From: Vairimorpha necatrix
Taxonomy: Eukaryota
Assembly: GCA_036630325.1 (NCBI GenBank)
Contig: CP142726.1
Coordinates: 1,426,001 to 1,490,000 of the forward strand
DNA: 64,000 bases
Reading direction: 5' to 3'
Shown: piece after piece, positions 31,934-42,585 of the stretch
Position numbering within the stretch: position 1 is the stretch's first letter
Layout of the letters: every line of letters starts with the position of its first letter
Notes under the pieces: generated by a model
What the model was told of the DNA's origin: nothing
What the model saw: only the letters and a program-made list of their open reading frames with translations
Database searches by the model: none
Translations under genes and position numbers: made by a program

Positions 31934-34312
31934 TTATAATAAAAAGAATCCAGCTGTCATCTCTAAAGCCGTTTTTAATTTATCTTCTAATTTTTCTTTT
32001 GATGAATATTCAGGCAATAATAAAGTATTAAAACAAGTCTGCGAAGAAGGAAGTCTGTCAGTATCGCACCCATTTTTCATAATGACAAGTTTTAATGAAC
32101 TTGATCCTCCCACTGGTATTCTATCATGCCCAGTAATAAATTGTAATAATTTTTTCTTCATTTTTTTATTAAAATTTTCAAATATTTCCCAGAAATATTT
32201 TATTATAAGATTGTTTTCTTCGTATCCATTGTAAGATGTAGTAGATCTAATTTCATTTATATTAAAATTATTTAAACCAATTATTATTTTCTCTAATTCT
32301 CTGGCACTTAAATGAGTTAAGACTTGTTTATTAATCACATAATAAAAACCTTCTTTTATGGATTCAAATTGTTTTTTGATTATTTTGTTAAGAAATAAAT
32401 CCGCGTATTTATTTACAAATAAAGTGACGTTTTCTGACGTCACTTTTAAATTTCTATTTAAATCATCTAAATTTACACTTTTTACTTCACCGGAGTTTGA
32501 AGTATAAACAATTGTAAAATTCAAATCCAATTCTTCAATTTCTTTAGAATTTAATTTTTTCAAATTCGATAATGACAAATGTAAATCCGAGTCGATTTCT
32601 TTTAGATCATTAAAATTTGTTTTTTTATTTAATAATTTTTTAAAGAAAAATATAGGAAATGGAATATTTAGTACCACGTCATTATACAATGCTATTCCTA
32701 ATATTTTACCAATACAATAATATTTTTCTAATAATAAACAATCATCTCTAATCCATAAAGTATTTTCGCAAGTTGTAAATAATTTTTCATCAGATTTTAT
32801 TTCATGACTTAAAATTTGAAAATATTCTTTTCTTATTCCGCCTGAGTCGACGCCTTCCTCGTTTTTGAAAGTTATTCTTAGTTGTTTATGGACATTTTCG
32901 AATTTTATTTTTTTTAATATTTTTATGCTATCTTTATAAATTTCTGCTCTACTGACAGTTATAAAAAGATAAGGTTCAGTATGCCCTTCAAATAATGATC
33001 TAAAGAAAGCATCTTGTAAAGATGCTTTCATTAAATCGTTATTTTCATATTTTATTAATTCTGCTTTAGTATGAACAGGAAGAATAAAAAAATAATTTAA
33101 GATTGTTTTTGTTTTTGATCTATAAAATTTGAATTCTTCTTTAAAATTGAAATTTGAGCATAATTGTGTCAAATAAAATTTCTTATTTTTTACAATTTGC
33201 AATTTTTCATTTATAAGATAAATTGTGTAAAAAATATTTAGAGTAAATTCTAATCTTCTTGATTCTCTTATATTTGTATTTGATGATCTATTTAGAGTTT
33301 CTTTTAGATTTATAATTAATCTAAAAATATCATTTTTTATTAATTCTTTTTCATTTATGCATAAATAAAATATTTGATTTTTTATATTTTTTTTACAGTC
33401 TTTTTCTTCAAATGTTAAATTATTCATTTCTGAGTCTTCAGTTTTATTTAAATTATTATTTATACCTTTTAGATCTGAATTGTGTATGTGGTCAAATATT
33501 TGTAATATTATTGATAAATTGTAAGGGTCTTTACAAGAATAAGTGCTACTGAGCGAATATAATCTTAAAATTACAAGGCCCAGATTAAAATTCGAAATTT
33601 TGTCATATTTCTTAATTAAAATGTGCAAGACGCTAGTGATGAAATATAATTCGAGATTTGTGTAATTATTCTTATTAAAATATTTACAAAATTTATGATT
33701 TGTTTCTTTTATATCGTCGTCTTTATGCATCTCGTTATGTATCTCGTTATATGTCCCGGTATGTATTTCGTTATGCTTTTGATTAGCTTTGTCTTGATTT
33801 ACCTTATCTTGATTCATTCTAATATTAATATTTTCAGGATCTTGATTCATTCTAATATTATTATTTTCATGATCTTGGTTTATTTTGATATTGGTATTTT
33901 CTGTATCTTTATAGTCATGACTTATGTTTAGTTGTTTCATCTCTTCTAATATTTTATTATTCTGCTGTCTCTTCTTGTTTGGCAAACTTCTAAACTCATT
34001 AACTTCTAATTCTCGATACGGAGACAATAAATTTATATTTTTACTTCCTTCTTCAAATTTATGCAAATCTAAAAAATGAAATAATAAATTTATGCACCAA
34101 TTTTCTTTATTTAAATATTTTTTATAACAAATTTCACTAGTGAACAATTTGTTTGTATTTTCGCATAAAAACAAGTCGTCATAATCGCATAAAATATTAG
34201 AAATTATTTCTAAATATTCTGGATTTTCTATTTTTCTACAGAATGATTTTAAGCAATTTGGTCTTTGACATCCTTTAGAAAGCTGATTGAAATATTTATC
34301 TTTAAGAATCAT
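31934..34312 (-). CDS. HECT E3 ubiquitin ligase, E6AP/UBE3A-like with N-terminal AZUL Zn motif
   Basis: YFNQLSKGCQRPNCLKSFC; EEGVDSGGIRKEYF, LLQFITG, RLPSSQTCFNTLLLPEYSSKEKL. Confidence 0.93.
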   Translation of the reverse strand: MILKDKYFNQLSKGCQRPNCLKSFCRKIENPEYLEIISNILCDYDDLFLCENTNKLFTSEICYKKYLNKENWCINLLFHFLDLHKFEEGSKNINLLSPYRELEVNEFRSLPNKKRQQNNKILEEMKQLNISHDYKDTENTNIKINQDHENNNIRMNQDPENINIRMNQDKVNQDKANQKHNEIHTGTYNEIHNEMHKDDDIKETNHKFCKYFNKNNYTNLELYFITSVLHILIKKYDKISNFNLGLVILRLYSLSSTYSCKDPYNLSIILQIFDHIHNSDLKGINNNLNKTEDSEMNNLTFEEKDCKKNIKNQIFYLCINEKELIKNDIFRLIINLKETLNRSSNTNIRESRRLEFTLNIFYTIYLINEKLQIVKNKKFYLTQLCSNFNFKEEFKFYRSKTKTILNYFFILPVHTKAELIKYENNDLMKASLQDAFFRSLFEGHTEPYLFITVSRAEIYKDSIKILKKIKFENVHKQLRITFKNEEGVDSGGIRKEYFQILSHEIKSDEKLFTTCENTLWIRDDCLLLEKYYCIGKILGIALYNDVVLNIPFPIFFFKKLLNKKTNFNDLKEIDSDLHLSLSNLKKLNSKEIEELDLNFTIVYTSNSGEVKSVNLDDLNRNLKVTSENVTLFVNKYADLFLNKIIKKQFESIKEGFYYVINKQVLTHLSARELEKIIIGLNNFNINEIRSTTSYNGYEENNLIIKYFWEIFENFNKKMKKKLLQFITGHDRIPVGGSSSLKLVIMKNGCDTDRLPSSQTCFNTLLLPEYSSKEKLEDKLKTALEMTAGFFLL

Positions 34313-34569
34313 GTATATTTATGAAGGGGGTGTGTTTTTATACCAAGGTCCCTTTTACAAATGAAATCCCTTTTTTTATGATCTTGATTTTTACTAAAGG
34401 AGAAAAATGATATTTTTTAAAAAATTAGAAGTTTTAGTGCTTTCAGAGTAACTATGACAAAAAGTTATAAAAACTGGACATGTTCTCATCACTAAGCAGG
34501 GGGTAAAATAAAAAGCGACTTTTATAGTAAAAAAAAATGAAAAAAATATTTATTTGAAATTATTGTTTA

Positions 34570-34621
34570 TGCATTTCCTTTATGCATAAAATAATGCACT
34601 TGTATGCATAAAGGAAATGCA
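34570..34621. repeat. Perfect 19-bp inverted repeat, followed by a 16-bp tandem repeat (~34629-34668)
   Basis: TGCATTTCCTTTATGCATA ... TATGCATAAAGGAAATGCA; ACATTTGTATTAAGTA x2.5. Confidence 0.8.
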
Positions 34622-34748
34622 CTTAAATACATTTGTATTAAGTAACATTTGTATTAAGTAACATTTGTCTTGATATTTGCTAAATATCAAATTATATAAA
34701 TTTGATCTCATATTAAAAGTGACATTTTATAGTTCAAATTTTTGTAGT

Positions 34749-35006
34749 TTATTTATTTTTCTTCTTTGTTTTCCTCTTCATATTTTGGTAACAAATGTAC
34801 AGAAACACGATCTTAAGAAAGATGACAATTCCCAAAGAAATAAAAGGCGTCATTCTCTTAATATTCACAAAGTACAGAGAGAATAAGAAGACAATAATAG
34901 GAGCAGAGAACATTAGAAATAATAAGAAGATTAATTGATACCCATTTTTGGTGCTTTGTTTATGCAGAAATTTATTATTCTGTTTATGCTTTCTTTTTAT
35001 TTTCAT
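34749..35006 (-). CDS. Small two-TM membrane protein
   Basis: GCCCTT-ATG context; two hydrophobic segments flanked by basic residues. Confidence 0.55.
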   Translation of the reverse strand: MKIKRKHKQNNKFLHKQSTKNGYQLIFLLFLMFSAPIIVFLFSLYFVNIKRMTPFISLGIVIFLKIVFLYICYQNMKRKTKKKNK

Positions 35007-35075
35007 AAGGGCAAAGTAACAAGAACATAATAAAAGTAAATGTAAAAATTATAATTTAGATTTTAAATTAGAATG

Positions 35076-35969
35076 TTATTTTATTCTACTGTATAGACCT
35101 AATCTAATATTATGCGCATTATTAAGAATATTCATAGGCTGATCTAATACTTGAAATCCTTCTGTACGATATTCAAAAGCTTTCTCCTCTGAGAAAATTA
35201 TTAAAGAATCATCAAATGTAATAACTGATGACAAAATATAATCATCATTCTTCTGTAATGGAGAATATCCTTCAGTCAATATTACAAAAGGCTTCTTTTT
35301 ACAATTAGAAGAATAAATAAATTCCAAATCTTTAATAATTTCAAAATTCCCGGATTTATTTCCTGAATTGTCATTTTGAGAATAATTCCCAGACTTATTT
35401 CCTAAATTGTCATTCTGCATTTTCCCCTGGAATATTTCTACTATAGGAGAATATTCAGAATAAATAGATTTAATAGATTTTCCTTTTTTTTGTAAATTCC
35501 AGGAATCTTCCTCAAAATGCATACTGGAAACTAATTCTTGGTGTAAACTCCTTAAAATAAAGGAATATCCTCCTAGAAAATCTGAACAATCTTCAAATGG
35601 GATAAATTGATTTATATCAAGAATTTGTTTGTTAACAAACAAATTTATAAATTTATCAAAAAGTGGGAAATCTCTAGTGTCGCTAATATTTTCCTTAAAA
35701 TTTTCAAGAAAATTTCTAAAAGGGTGTGCTGATAAAAGCATCAGTACAAGAAAAACAGAATTCTGATTCTCAGAATTATAAAAATAATCTTTATAATTTC
35801 TTATATTATTTTTAATGAGTTTTTTGTCACTGAGTTGTAGACATTTACCAAATGATTTATTTTTTGTAATCTTGGGTTTATTTTCTATTGGATTTTCAAT
35901 AATTTTCAATTCATCTGTCAAAGAAATTGTATCTAGAAAAAATACATTCTGGCTGGATTTTATTTTCAT
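35076..35969 (-). CDS. Degenerate USP (Ubp3/USP10-like) deubiquitinase-fold protein, catalytic residues apparently lost
   Basis: N..NQNSVFLVLMLLSAHPF (Cys-box position without Cys), PLFDKF, EDCSDFL..SLHQEL, SPIVEIFQG; start after CCCC at 35969. Confidence 0.5.
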   Translation of the reverse strand: MKIKSSQNVFFLDTISLTDELKIIENPIENKPKITKNKSFGKCLQLSDKKLIKNNIRNYKDYFYNSENQNSVFLVLMLLSAHPFRNFLENFKENISDTRDFPLFDKFINLFVNKQILDINQFIPFEDCSDFLGGYSFILRSLHQELVSSMHFEEDSWNLQKKGKSIKSIYSEYSPIVEIFQGKMQNDNLGNKSGNYSQNDNSGNKSGNFEIIKDLEFIYSSNCKKKPFVILTEGYSPLQKNDDYILSSVITFDDSLIIFSEEKAFEYRTEGFQVLDQPMNILNNAHNIRLGLYSRIK

Positions 35970-36198
35970 AAGGGGGTAAAACACAATATTTACCAAATAT
36001 AAATAAATTAGATGTTTCATAATTTATAAATAGAAAGCAAATCAAGTGTAAGTTTGTATTAATAGAAGGCTAAAATAGCATGTTCTTAGTAAAAATTAAT
36101 ATTATTTATTGATAATTTATAATTTCAAGTGCAAAGTAAATTTAAACTTTATGAATTATAATCTTATTCTTTTGTATGAGAAATTTAAATATTTGCTT

Positions 36199-36396
36199 TT
36201 AAAATGAAAAATATTTCTGTCTTATTTTAAGCAAAACTTTAATCTTGACAAATTGAGAAAAATTTAAACATGATTTAGTTTTATTATTTAAATAAAATTT
36301 ACACACCCAAAAGAACGGGTTGTCTTTTGTCTCAACTTTCAGCCTTCTTTCTGCATCTACTTCCGTGTCTAAGTTCCGACCAAATTCCAGATTCAT
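36199..36396 (-). CDS. Possible small hypothetical protein or gene fragment
   Basis: MNLEFGRNLDTEVDAERRLKVETKDNPFFWVCKF... looks protein-like, but there is no CCC start motif. Confidence 0.25.
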   Translation of the reverse strand: MNLEFGRNLDTEVDAERRLKVETKDNPFFWVCKFYLNNKTKSCLNFSQFVKIKVLLKIRQKYFSF

Positions 36397-36494
36397 TTTA
36401 AAATAAAATGATTTTTTTAAAAGCATAAAAAGCTCAAGAAAAAAAATAAAAAGAGCGTTTAAAGCCATCATTATTTATTTGAATAAAAAGACAA

Positions 36495-37060
36495 GGAGCC
36501 CCCTTTACATGAACACCAGAAAAGTCATAAACATAAAACTGATACTGCGAGATTCTTACTCACTAAAACTCCCTCCATTATATTGTTAATGCAATTTTAA
36601 CAAATTTATTGAACTTTTGTTCCAGGAGAAACATTTAATGCTCAAGTAAATAACATACAGAAAGACCATAGCGATCATAATTATCGGGTTCGGGGCTGCC
36701 TCGTAAAGATATATCGTCGTATTGACACGAAAATGAACTACTTTCATCTGCATCTCGCACACATCTTCTTACACAGTCAAAGATTTTATGAACTGCGTTT
36801 GCGATTCGTGTTCAAAAGTATTGGCTACATGCTAAAGATGCCCATATTAATATAGGAAATAACATTCCAACTCTACTTCGTCTAGTCTCTTATGTGTTAA
36901 CACGAAATATTAATTGTATAGTCGTGTTATCAAGTGCCTCTTCTGTGTATTTGTATCATATACAAGGAATTCTTTTAGAGGTCAATATTTTTCAGGCTCT
37001 GGGTGCCTTATCTGTTGCAGATTACAATTGTCTTATTGCTGAAGCCACGTTAACTTACAA
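36495..37060 (-). repeat. Structured repeat, adjoining segments B (36495-36846) and A (~36850-37060)
   Basis: Reverse complement contains GAGTTTTAGTGAGTAAGAATCTCGCAGTATCAG, TGTGTAAGAAGATGTGTGCGAGATGCAGATGA and TATGGGC (B blocks) plus the exact 19-mer from A. Confidence 0.65.
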
Positions 37061-37610
37061 AACAGTTTGAAACCTTTGGTTGACACAATTCATAAAATTG
37101 ATACTAACACATCGTTTAAACACACAGATACACATTCCTGATGGTGGCCATACACAATGTAGTCGCTTGTACTTCATAAATACTTATATTATCTATATGT
37201 AACTCTAAAACTATATAAGTAGCATTAACCTAATAATAGCCATAATTTAAAGCATTCATCATAAAGTGCTATGACAAAGGAAGACGTGATTTTGAATAAA
37301 TTGTAATAAGAGAATTTTGTTCTCTAAGCAAATAAAAACTGTATAACAACAAGATGGAACTCATTGTATATGTGTTAATATTAGAATTAAACATGACAAA
37401 TCTATAATAAGGGGGGATAAATGTTAAATATGCTGACGCCGAACATGAGTAAGCGTATTAAAGATAGGACAAGTCCTAATATAAATTATAAATATCTTTT
37501 ATAATCTTGTTCAATGTAAAATAATATAATTTTCTAATATAATTTTTTTATATACAAGTTTAATCAATAAACAAGATAAATATTTATTTTGTTTAGTGTC
37601 CCCTAACATA

Positions 37611-39638
37611 ATGGAAGTAAGCTTAAGAATAAGAAATATCGAAATTCAAGAGAGTTATGATACAATAGAATTCGTATACAAAAACACTTGTTCATTTATA
37701 AAAGATGTTGTAACTTTTACAATTTCAACTTTACAAGATTATATATTTGAAAAAATAACAATAAGATTAAAATCCAAAGGTACATTTTGGGACAAATATT
37801 TAGGAATCGTAAATATTCAAATTTCTTCATTTAGAGATAATTTTTCAAAAAATAATATAAAAAATATACTTTCTAGTTTTTACATTTTTAAAACTGATTT
37901 TTATGATTTAAATGAATTAAAAGTTGTTGGTACAATAACTTATGATTATCGAATTTCATACAAATTAGAAAATTTCACACATGATTCAAATAATGACAAA
38001 TTTGAACAAAACATGTTTAATTTATTTTTAGACCAAGAAAAAAGTGTCTTGATTAAAAATTTCAAGAGTGTAATAGAAGAATGTTTAGTAGGAAGTCAGA
38101 AATGTAAAATTAATTTTATGATTGGCGTTTATTTAATAGAAAAATATACATCAGATCTTCATTTTAAATTTAGCAAAAATTTAAAATTTGAAGATATTAA
38201 AAATATTAGAAAATTACATATAAAAAACGAAGAAAATTTTTTAAAAAATTCTAATTTTAAAATTGAAAAATTTTTATTGGGCGATAAAAATTTTGAATAT
38301 AAAAATTTATCGGATTTTACAAATTATGTACCAAGTCTGGACAAGATAAATGATTCATATTATAACAATAATATGAATCATTTTGAAAAACAAGTAAAAA
38401 AAGAAAACAGTAAATTTAATATCTTCTCGGCTATCAATAACCTCATTTATAAAAATAAAAGCATCGAAGAAATTCTTGATACATTAAATTTGTCAATGAC
38501 AAATTTATTAGAAGACGAAAACATAGTTTTATTTGGTGCAGATAAACTAAATGACGACTTTAAAAATGTCAAATTAAATTTCGATAGGTTGTTTAGTGCG
38601 CCAATCAATACTTATTCTATTAATGACGTATTAAAAAATGATGGATACGTAATAGCGAATAAACCACTGTTATCAAGTCTTATAAATTATCTTTATTATG
38701 CTATTGGTTCATACGGCGACTCGTGGGCTACAATGTTTTGTAAAAAAAGATTAAAAATTAATAAATTAGAAAAAATAGACAAAAATAGAAAAGGAATCTT
38801 AGAATTTCTTAATATTGAAAATAATAAATTATTATCAGTCCAATTAGCAAATGAATATGTACCAGAATATATAATTTTCTTTGATAAAGAAAATGATAAA
38901 TTAGTTTTATCTTTTAAAGGTACTTCTACTTCAGAAGAAGCACTTAAAGATTTAAATTGTCATTATACGAAATTTTATGAAGGTTATGCGCACAAAGGAT
39001 TCAAAAACATGGCCTGTGCATTTGTAAAACACAAAACTAAAGAGGTATTAGAATTATTAGAAAATTATAAAACTAAAAATCTTTTAATTGTAGGCCATTC
39101 TTTAGGAGGAAGTTTGGCTGTTTTAGTTCATTTAATTTATGAAAAACACGATTTATCAAAAATATTTAACATTTTTACTATAGCATTTTCACCTGCTCCA
39201 GTTGTATCTCATAATTTAGCGAAAGTTAAAAATGACAACATTTTCATTATTAGTTATGGTAATGATTTTGTTATTAGAACTTCTTATGGTGGATTTAATG
39301 ATATGAAATATGCTGCATGTTCGATAGGAAACAGACTTGGATTTCTAAGTTCTACAGAAAATATCGACACAGATTTATTGAGAATAAGAAAATATGCAAA
39401 GAAATATAAAAAGTTTCCTATGTTGTACTGTCCTGGCAATAATTACCACTTTAAAAGTATTAATGTTATAAAAAGTAAGAAAAAAATTTCACTTATTGTT
39501 TATAAAGAAGTGGAGTTGGAATTTATCGAGGCTTTGGTTATTATTAGACATGCTACGATTCACCATATGTTGCCACATTTGTTGAAAGTGTTTGAGAGAG
39601 GCATCTCAGATTGGGATGAGATTGACAATGAAAAATAA
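37611..39638 (+). CDS. Class 3 lipase (DAG-lipase-like) with long N-terminal extension
   Basis: VLSFKGT, AHKGF, GHSLGG nucleophile elbow, AFSPAP, NDFVIR. Confidence 0.88.
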   Translation: MEVSLRIRNIEIQESYDTIEFVYKNTCSFIKDVVTFTISTLQDYIFEKITIRLKSKGTFWDKYLGIVNIQISSFRDNFSKNNIKNILSSFYIFKTDFYDLNELKVVGTITYDYRISYKLENFTHDSNNDKFEQNMFNLFLDQEKSVLIKNFKSVIEECLVGSQKCKINFMIGVYLIEKYTSDLHFKFSKNLKFEDIKNIRKLHIKNEENFLKNSNFKIEKFLLGDKNFEYKNLSDFTNYVPSLDKINDSYYNNNMNHFEKQVKKENSKFNIFSAINNLIYKNKSIEEILDTLNLSMTNLLEDENIVLFGADKLNDDFKNVKLNFDRLFSAPINTYSINDVLKNDGYVIANKPLLSSLINYLYYAIGSYGDSWATMFCKKRLKINKLEKIDKNRKGILEFLNIENNKLLSVQLANEYVPEYIIFFDKENDKLVLSFKGTSTSEEALKDLNCHYTKFYEGYAHKGFKNMACAFVKHKTKEVLELLENYKTKNLLIVGHSLGGSLAVLVHLIYEKHDLSKIFNIFTIAFSPAPVVSHNLAKVKNDNIFIISYGNDFVIRTSYGGFNDMKYAACSIGNRLGFLSSTENIDTDLLRIRKYAKKYKKFPMLYCPGNNYHFKSINVIKSKKKISLIVYKEVELEFIEALVIIRHATIHHMLPHLLKVFERGISDWDEIDNEK

Positions 39639-39780
39639 ATTAGTTTGTTTGTTAACAAACAAAGTCAAAAATAAAAATATAAAAGAGCTGCATAATAAAA
39701 ATTTATAGCGATAAAAAATATGTATTTTTATAATATAGATTTAGTTTTATTTATGAAGGCAAAATTTAGTTTGTGAATAA

Positions 39781-39956
39781 ATGCATTTTTCTTTTCACAA
39801 GATACGCTCACTTACTTCGCATCAGCCACTAAAATTTATGGTGTATTCTTGCTATCATAAAAAATGCATTATTGGTTTTCACAAGTTGTGCTCACTTACT
39901 TTGCATCAGTTACTAAATATTATGGTGTATTCTTGCTATCATAAAAAAATGCATTT
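39781..39956. repeat. Tandem duplication (~84-bp unit x2) upstream of RPN1
   Basis: TTTTCACAAG...GCTCACTTACTT.GCATCAG..ACTAAA..TTATGGTGTATTCTTGCTATCATAAAAAATGCATT occurs twice. Confidence 0.85.
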
Positions 39957-39985
39957 CTTATAAAGACGCATTTTTTACCCTTAAA

Positions 39986-42382
39986 ATGGAAGATGAAAAT
40001 TTAAACCAAATTTTAGAATGCATAAAAACAGGGAATTCAGATCTCAGAGAAAATGCCATAAACATGTTAATAGATTTATTAAAATCTTCACATGCAGGAT
40101 CAATCAGTACAATGAATTTTAATACATTGATGGAGAAGAAGCCGATCCTTCTTGAATTATGCGATATTGTAAATGATGATCAAAAAAGAAAGCTTCATGA
40201 TATAATAAGTTCGATTTCCATTATGGGCGATGATTCTGAAATATTAAAACACAGGATTTTAGGGAATATTATTCCTCTCCAAGAATGGGGTCATTTATAT
40301 GTAAAGAAGCTTATAGGTGTCATAGTAAAGAAGAAATTAGATAATGAAGATATAAAAGATGCAACAGAGGTCTCAAATTCCTGTATTGAGTTTTTCTTTA
40401 AAAATAATTTGGAATTTGACGCAATTGATTTTCTTTTAGAAATAGAAAATATCGGCATAATTTACAAATTTGTGGAGAAACACAATTACAAGAGAATAAT
40501 TTTGTATTTACAAGAGATGTCATTTTTCTATGAATTATATGAAATCTTAAATAAGATATATTTAAAGATGGAAGATTATTCTAGATATATTATTAATATT
40601 ATAGATAATGGATATTATGACGATGCTATAGATTTTATAGAGAAATGTCAAGATAAGAAAGTCAAGAAACAATTATTATATATTTTAGCCCGATGTAATA
40701 TCTTTTATGAGACAAAAGATTTAGAAGAAAAGAGTATTCTAATGAATAATCATATTAAGGGTCATTATAGAAATGTTATAAAGGTTTATGAATTAGACTC
40801 TGAGAATACGAAGTCGTCTACATTTAGAAAATTGAGATATGAGAAAGAAATCAAAGGCTTACAGCAAAATAGTTTCAACCCTATCACAGTGTGTAATGGA
40901 TTTATAAATTTAGGATACGGTCAAGATAATATTTTCTTCCCTAGAGAAGGAAATGCAATACCAGGAATTGATCACCAGGCCATTTTGTCTTCAGATATAC
41001 CGGAACTAATAACAATAATTGGAAGCGTAGGCTGCATAGAATTTTGGAACCCGAACAAAGTCATGGAGATTTTACAGGAGCATATTTTCGGAGATCTGTC
41101 GATTAAGAGAACAGGAGCTCTGCTCGCCTTATCTTTGTCCTCTTCGATGATCCACGACGAGAACAAGACTATTTTAAGTTTTTTGACTAGCAATCTCGAG
41201 TCTAATGACCCACTACATGTAGTTCCCACATTATTGGGAATTCAGTCCATGTACTGCAATACATTCGAGGAAGAGTTGAAAGTTCTGCTTACTCCCTTGA
41301 TCTATTCTGAAAATATAGAAATTTCTTCTTTCGCCGCGTTCACTTTAGGGAGCATTTTCGTGGGAACTGGCGACGAAGAATTGCTCAGTCTCATTTTACA
41401 AATGTACATTGAAAAGGAAGATTATGCAGACACGCACTATTTCAAGTTGATTATGCTTGGCTTGGCTTTGTTATTTTACAGAAGACCAGATCTCGATTGT
41501 ATTATTGACAACATGGATTTCACTTATGCTAGACATGCTGCCATTCTTATCAAAGGTTTTCAGAATATAAAAACAGGAGATCATAACATGGTCGAGGACA
41601 TTTTGACCAATGCTTTCTCGGGGGAGACTGATGGCCTGCTTGAGTCTCTGGCTCTACTAAGTTGTTGCTTGGTGGGACTTGGAGATGATTTGGCTATGCA
41701 AATGATCTCTCGGATTTGCACTTCTTCGCAGATCTTAGAGTCTCCTCATTTGAAGAGTGTTCTTCCTTTATGCTACTCACTTTTATTTCCTTCTACTATG
41801 AATCAAAACATAGTAGACAATTTAGAGAAGAATATCAATTCTGGAGATTCTTCTATTGTCATTCCTTCTCTCTACGCCTTGGGGATCGTAGGCTGCGGGA
41901 CTGTCAGTGGTAAAATCCAGAAAATCCTCGATTCTCACTATAGCCAAGCTTACAAAGATCCCAAACTAGGAACAATCTTACGAATTTCTAATGGTCTTCT
42001 TTCCCTGGGAAAAGGTCTCTCCTCTATTTCTTATTCTTTATTTGATAAATCGTGTATTATTCCTAAAAACTTCATAGGTCTATTTACTACGACTTTCTTA
42101 ATGCTTGATTCTTTTTCTAGTCCTCTTCTTTCTGGTAATACTTTCCTTTTCTATCTTCTTAATCAGAGTTTTATTCCTAAATATATCGTGACTCAGAAGA
42201 AAACTAATATTAGAATTGGTACACCTGTGAATACAGTGGGGGTAGTAGGAGACCCAAGAAGAATAACTTCTATGCAGACTCATTCTACACCTGTGATAAT
42301 TAATGGAAATGAAAGAGCAGAGATTGATGAAATGTGCTATACTTCTTTTATTGAAGATGTTATAATTCTAAAAGATGAATAA
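39986..42382 (+). CDS. RPN1: 26S proteasome regulatory subunit Rpn1
   Basis: EWGHLYV, DAIDFLLEIE, NGFINLGYGQD, PC repeats, GTPVNTVGVVGDPRRITSMQTHSTPV. Confidence 0.93.
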   Translation: MEDENLNQILECIKTGNSDLRENAINMLIDLLKSSHAGSISTMNFNTLMEKKPILLELCDIVNDDQKRKLHDIISSISIMGDDSEILKHRILGNIIPLQEWGHLYVKKLIGVIVKKKLDNEDIKDATEVSNSCIEFFFKNNLEFDAIDFLLEIENIGIIYKFVEKHNYKRIILYLQEMSFFYELYEILNKIYLKMEDYSRYIINIIDNGYYDDAIDFIEKCQDKKVKKQLLYILARCNIFYETKDLEEKSILMNNHIKGHYRNVIKVYELDSENTKSSTFRKLRYEKEIKGLQQNSFNPITVCNGFINLGYGQDNIFFPREGNAIPGIDHQAILSSDIPELITIIGSVGCIEFWNPNKVMEILQEHIFGDLSIKRTGALLALSLSSSMIHDENKTILSFLTSNLESNDPLHVVPTLLGIQSMYCNTFEEELKVLLTPLIYSENIEISSFAAFTLGSIFVGTGDEELLSLILQMYIEKEDYADTHYFKLIMLGLALLFYRRPDLDCIIDNMDFTYARHAAILIKGFQNIKTGDHNMVEDILTNAFSGETDGLLESLALLSCCLVGLGDDLAMQMISRICTSSQILESPHLKSVLPLCYSLLFPSTMNQNIVDNLEKNINSGDSSIVIPSLYALGIVGCGTVSGKIQKILDSHYSQAYKDPKLGTILRISNGLLSLGKGLSSISYSLFDKSCIIPKNFIGLFTTTFLMLDSFSSPLLSGNTFLFYLLNQSFIPKYIVTQKKTNIRIGTPVNTVGVVGDPRRITSMQTHSTPVIINGNERAEIDEMCYTSFIEDVIILKDE

Positions 42383-42585
42383 ACAATTCTATATAATTAA
42401 AGTTATATATATTTATTATATATCGTCATATTTTGTATGTACTTCAAGCTTTTATGTTGAGTTTGTTATTTACGCTTTTATATTAAATAAATTAATTTTT
42501 CAATTTATATTGATTTCCGTTATGACGTCACAACTAAATTTTGTTTGTTTTATGACATCATCTCCAATTTAATTAATAAGTTTAT

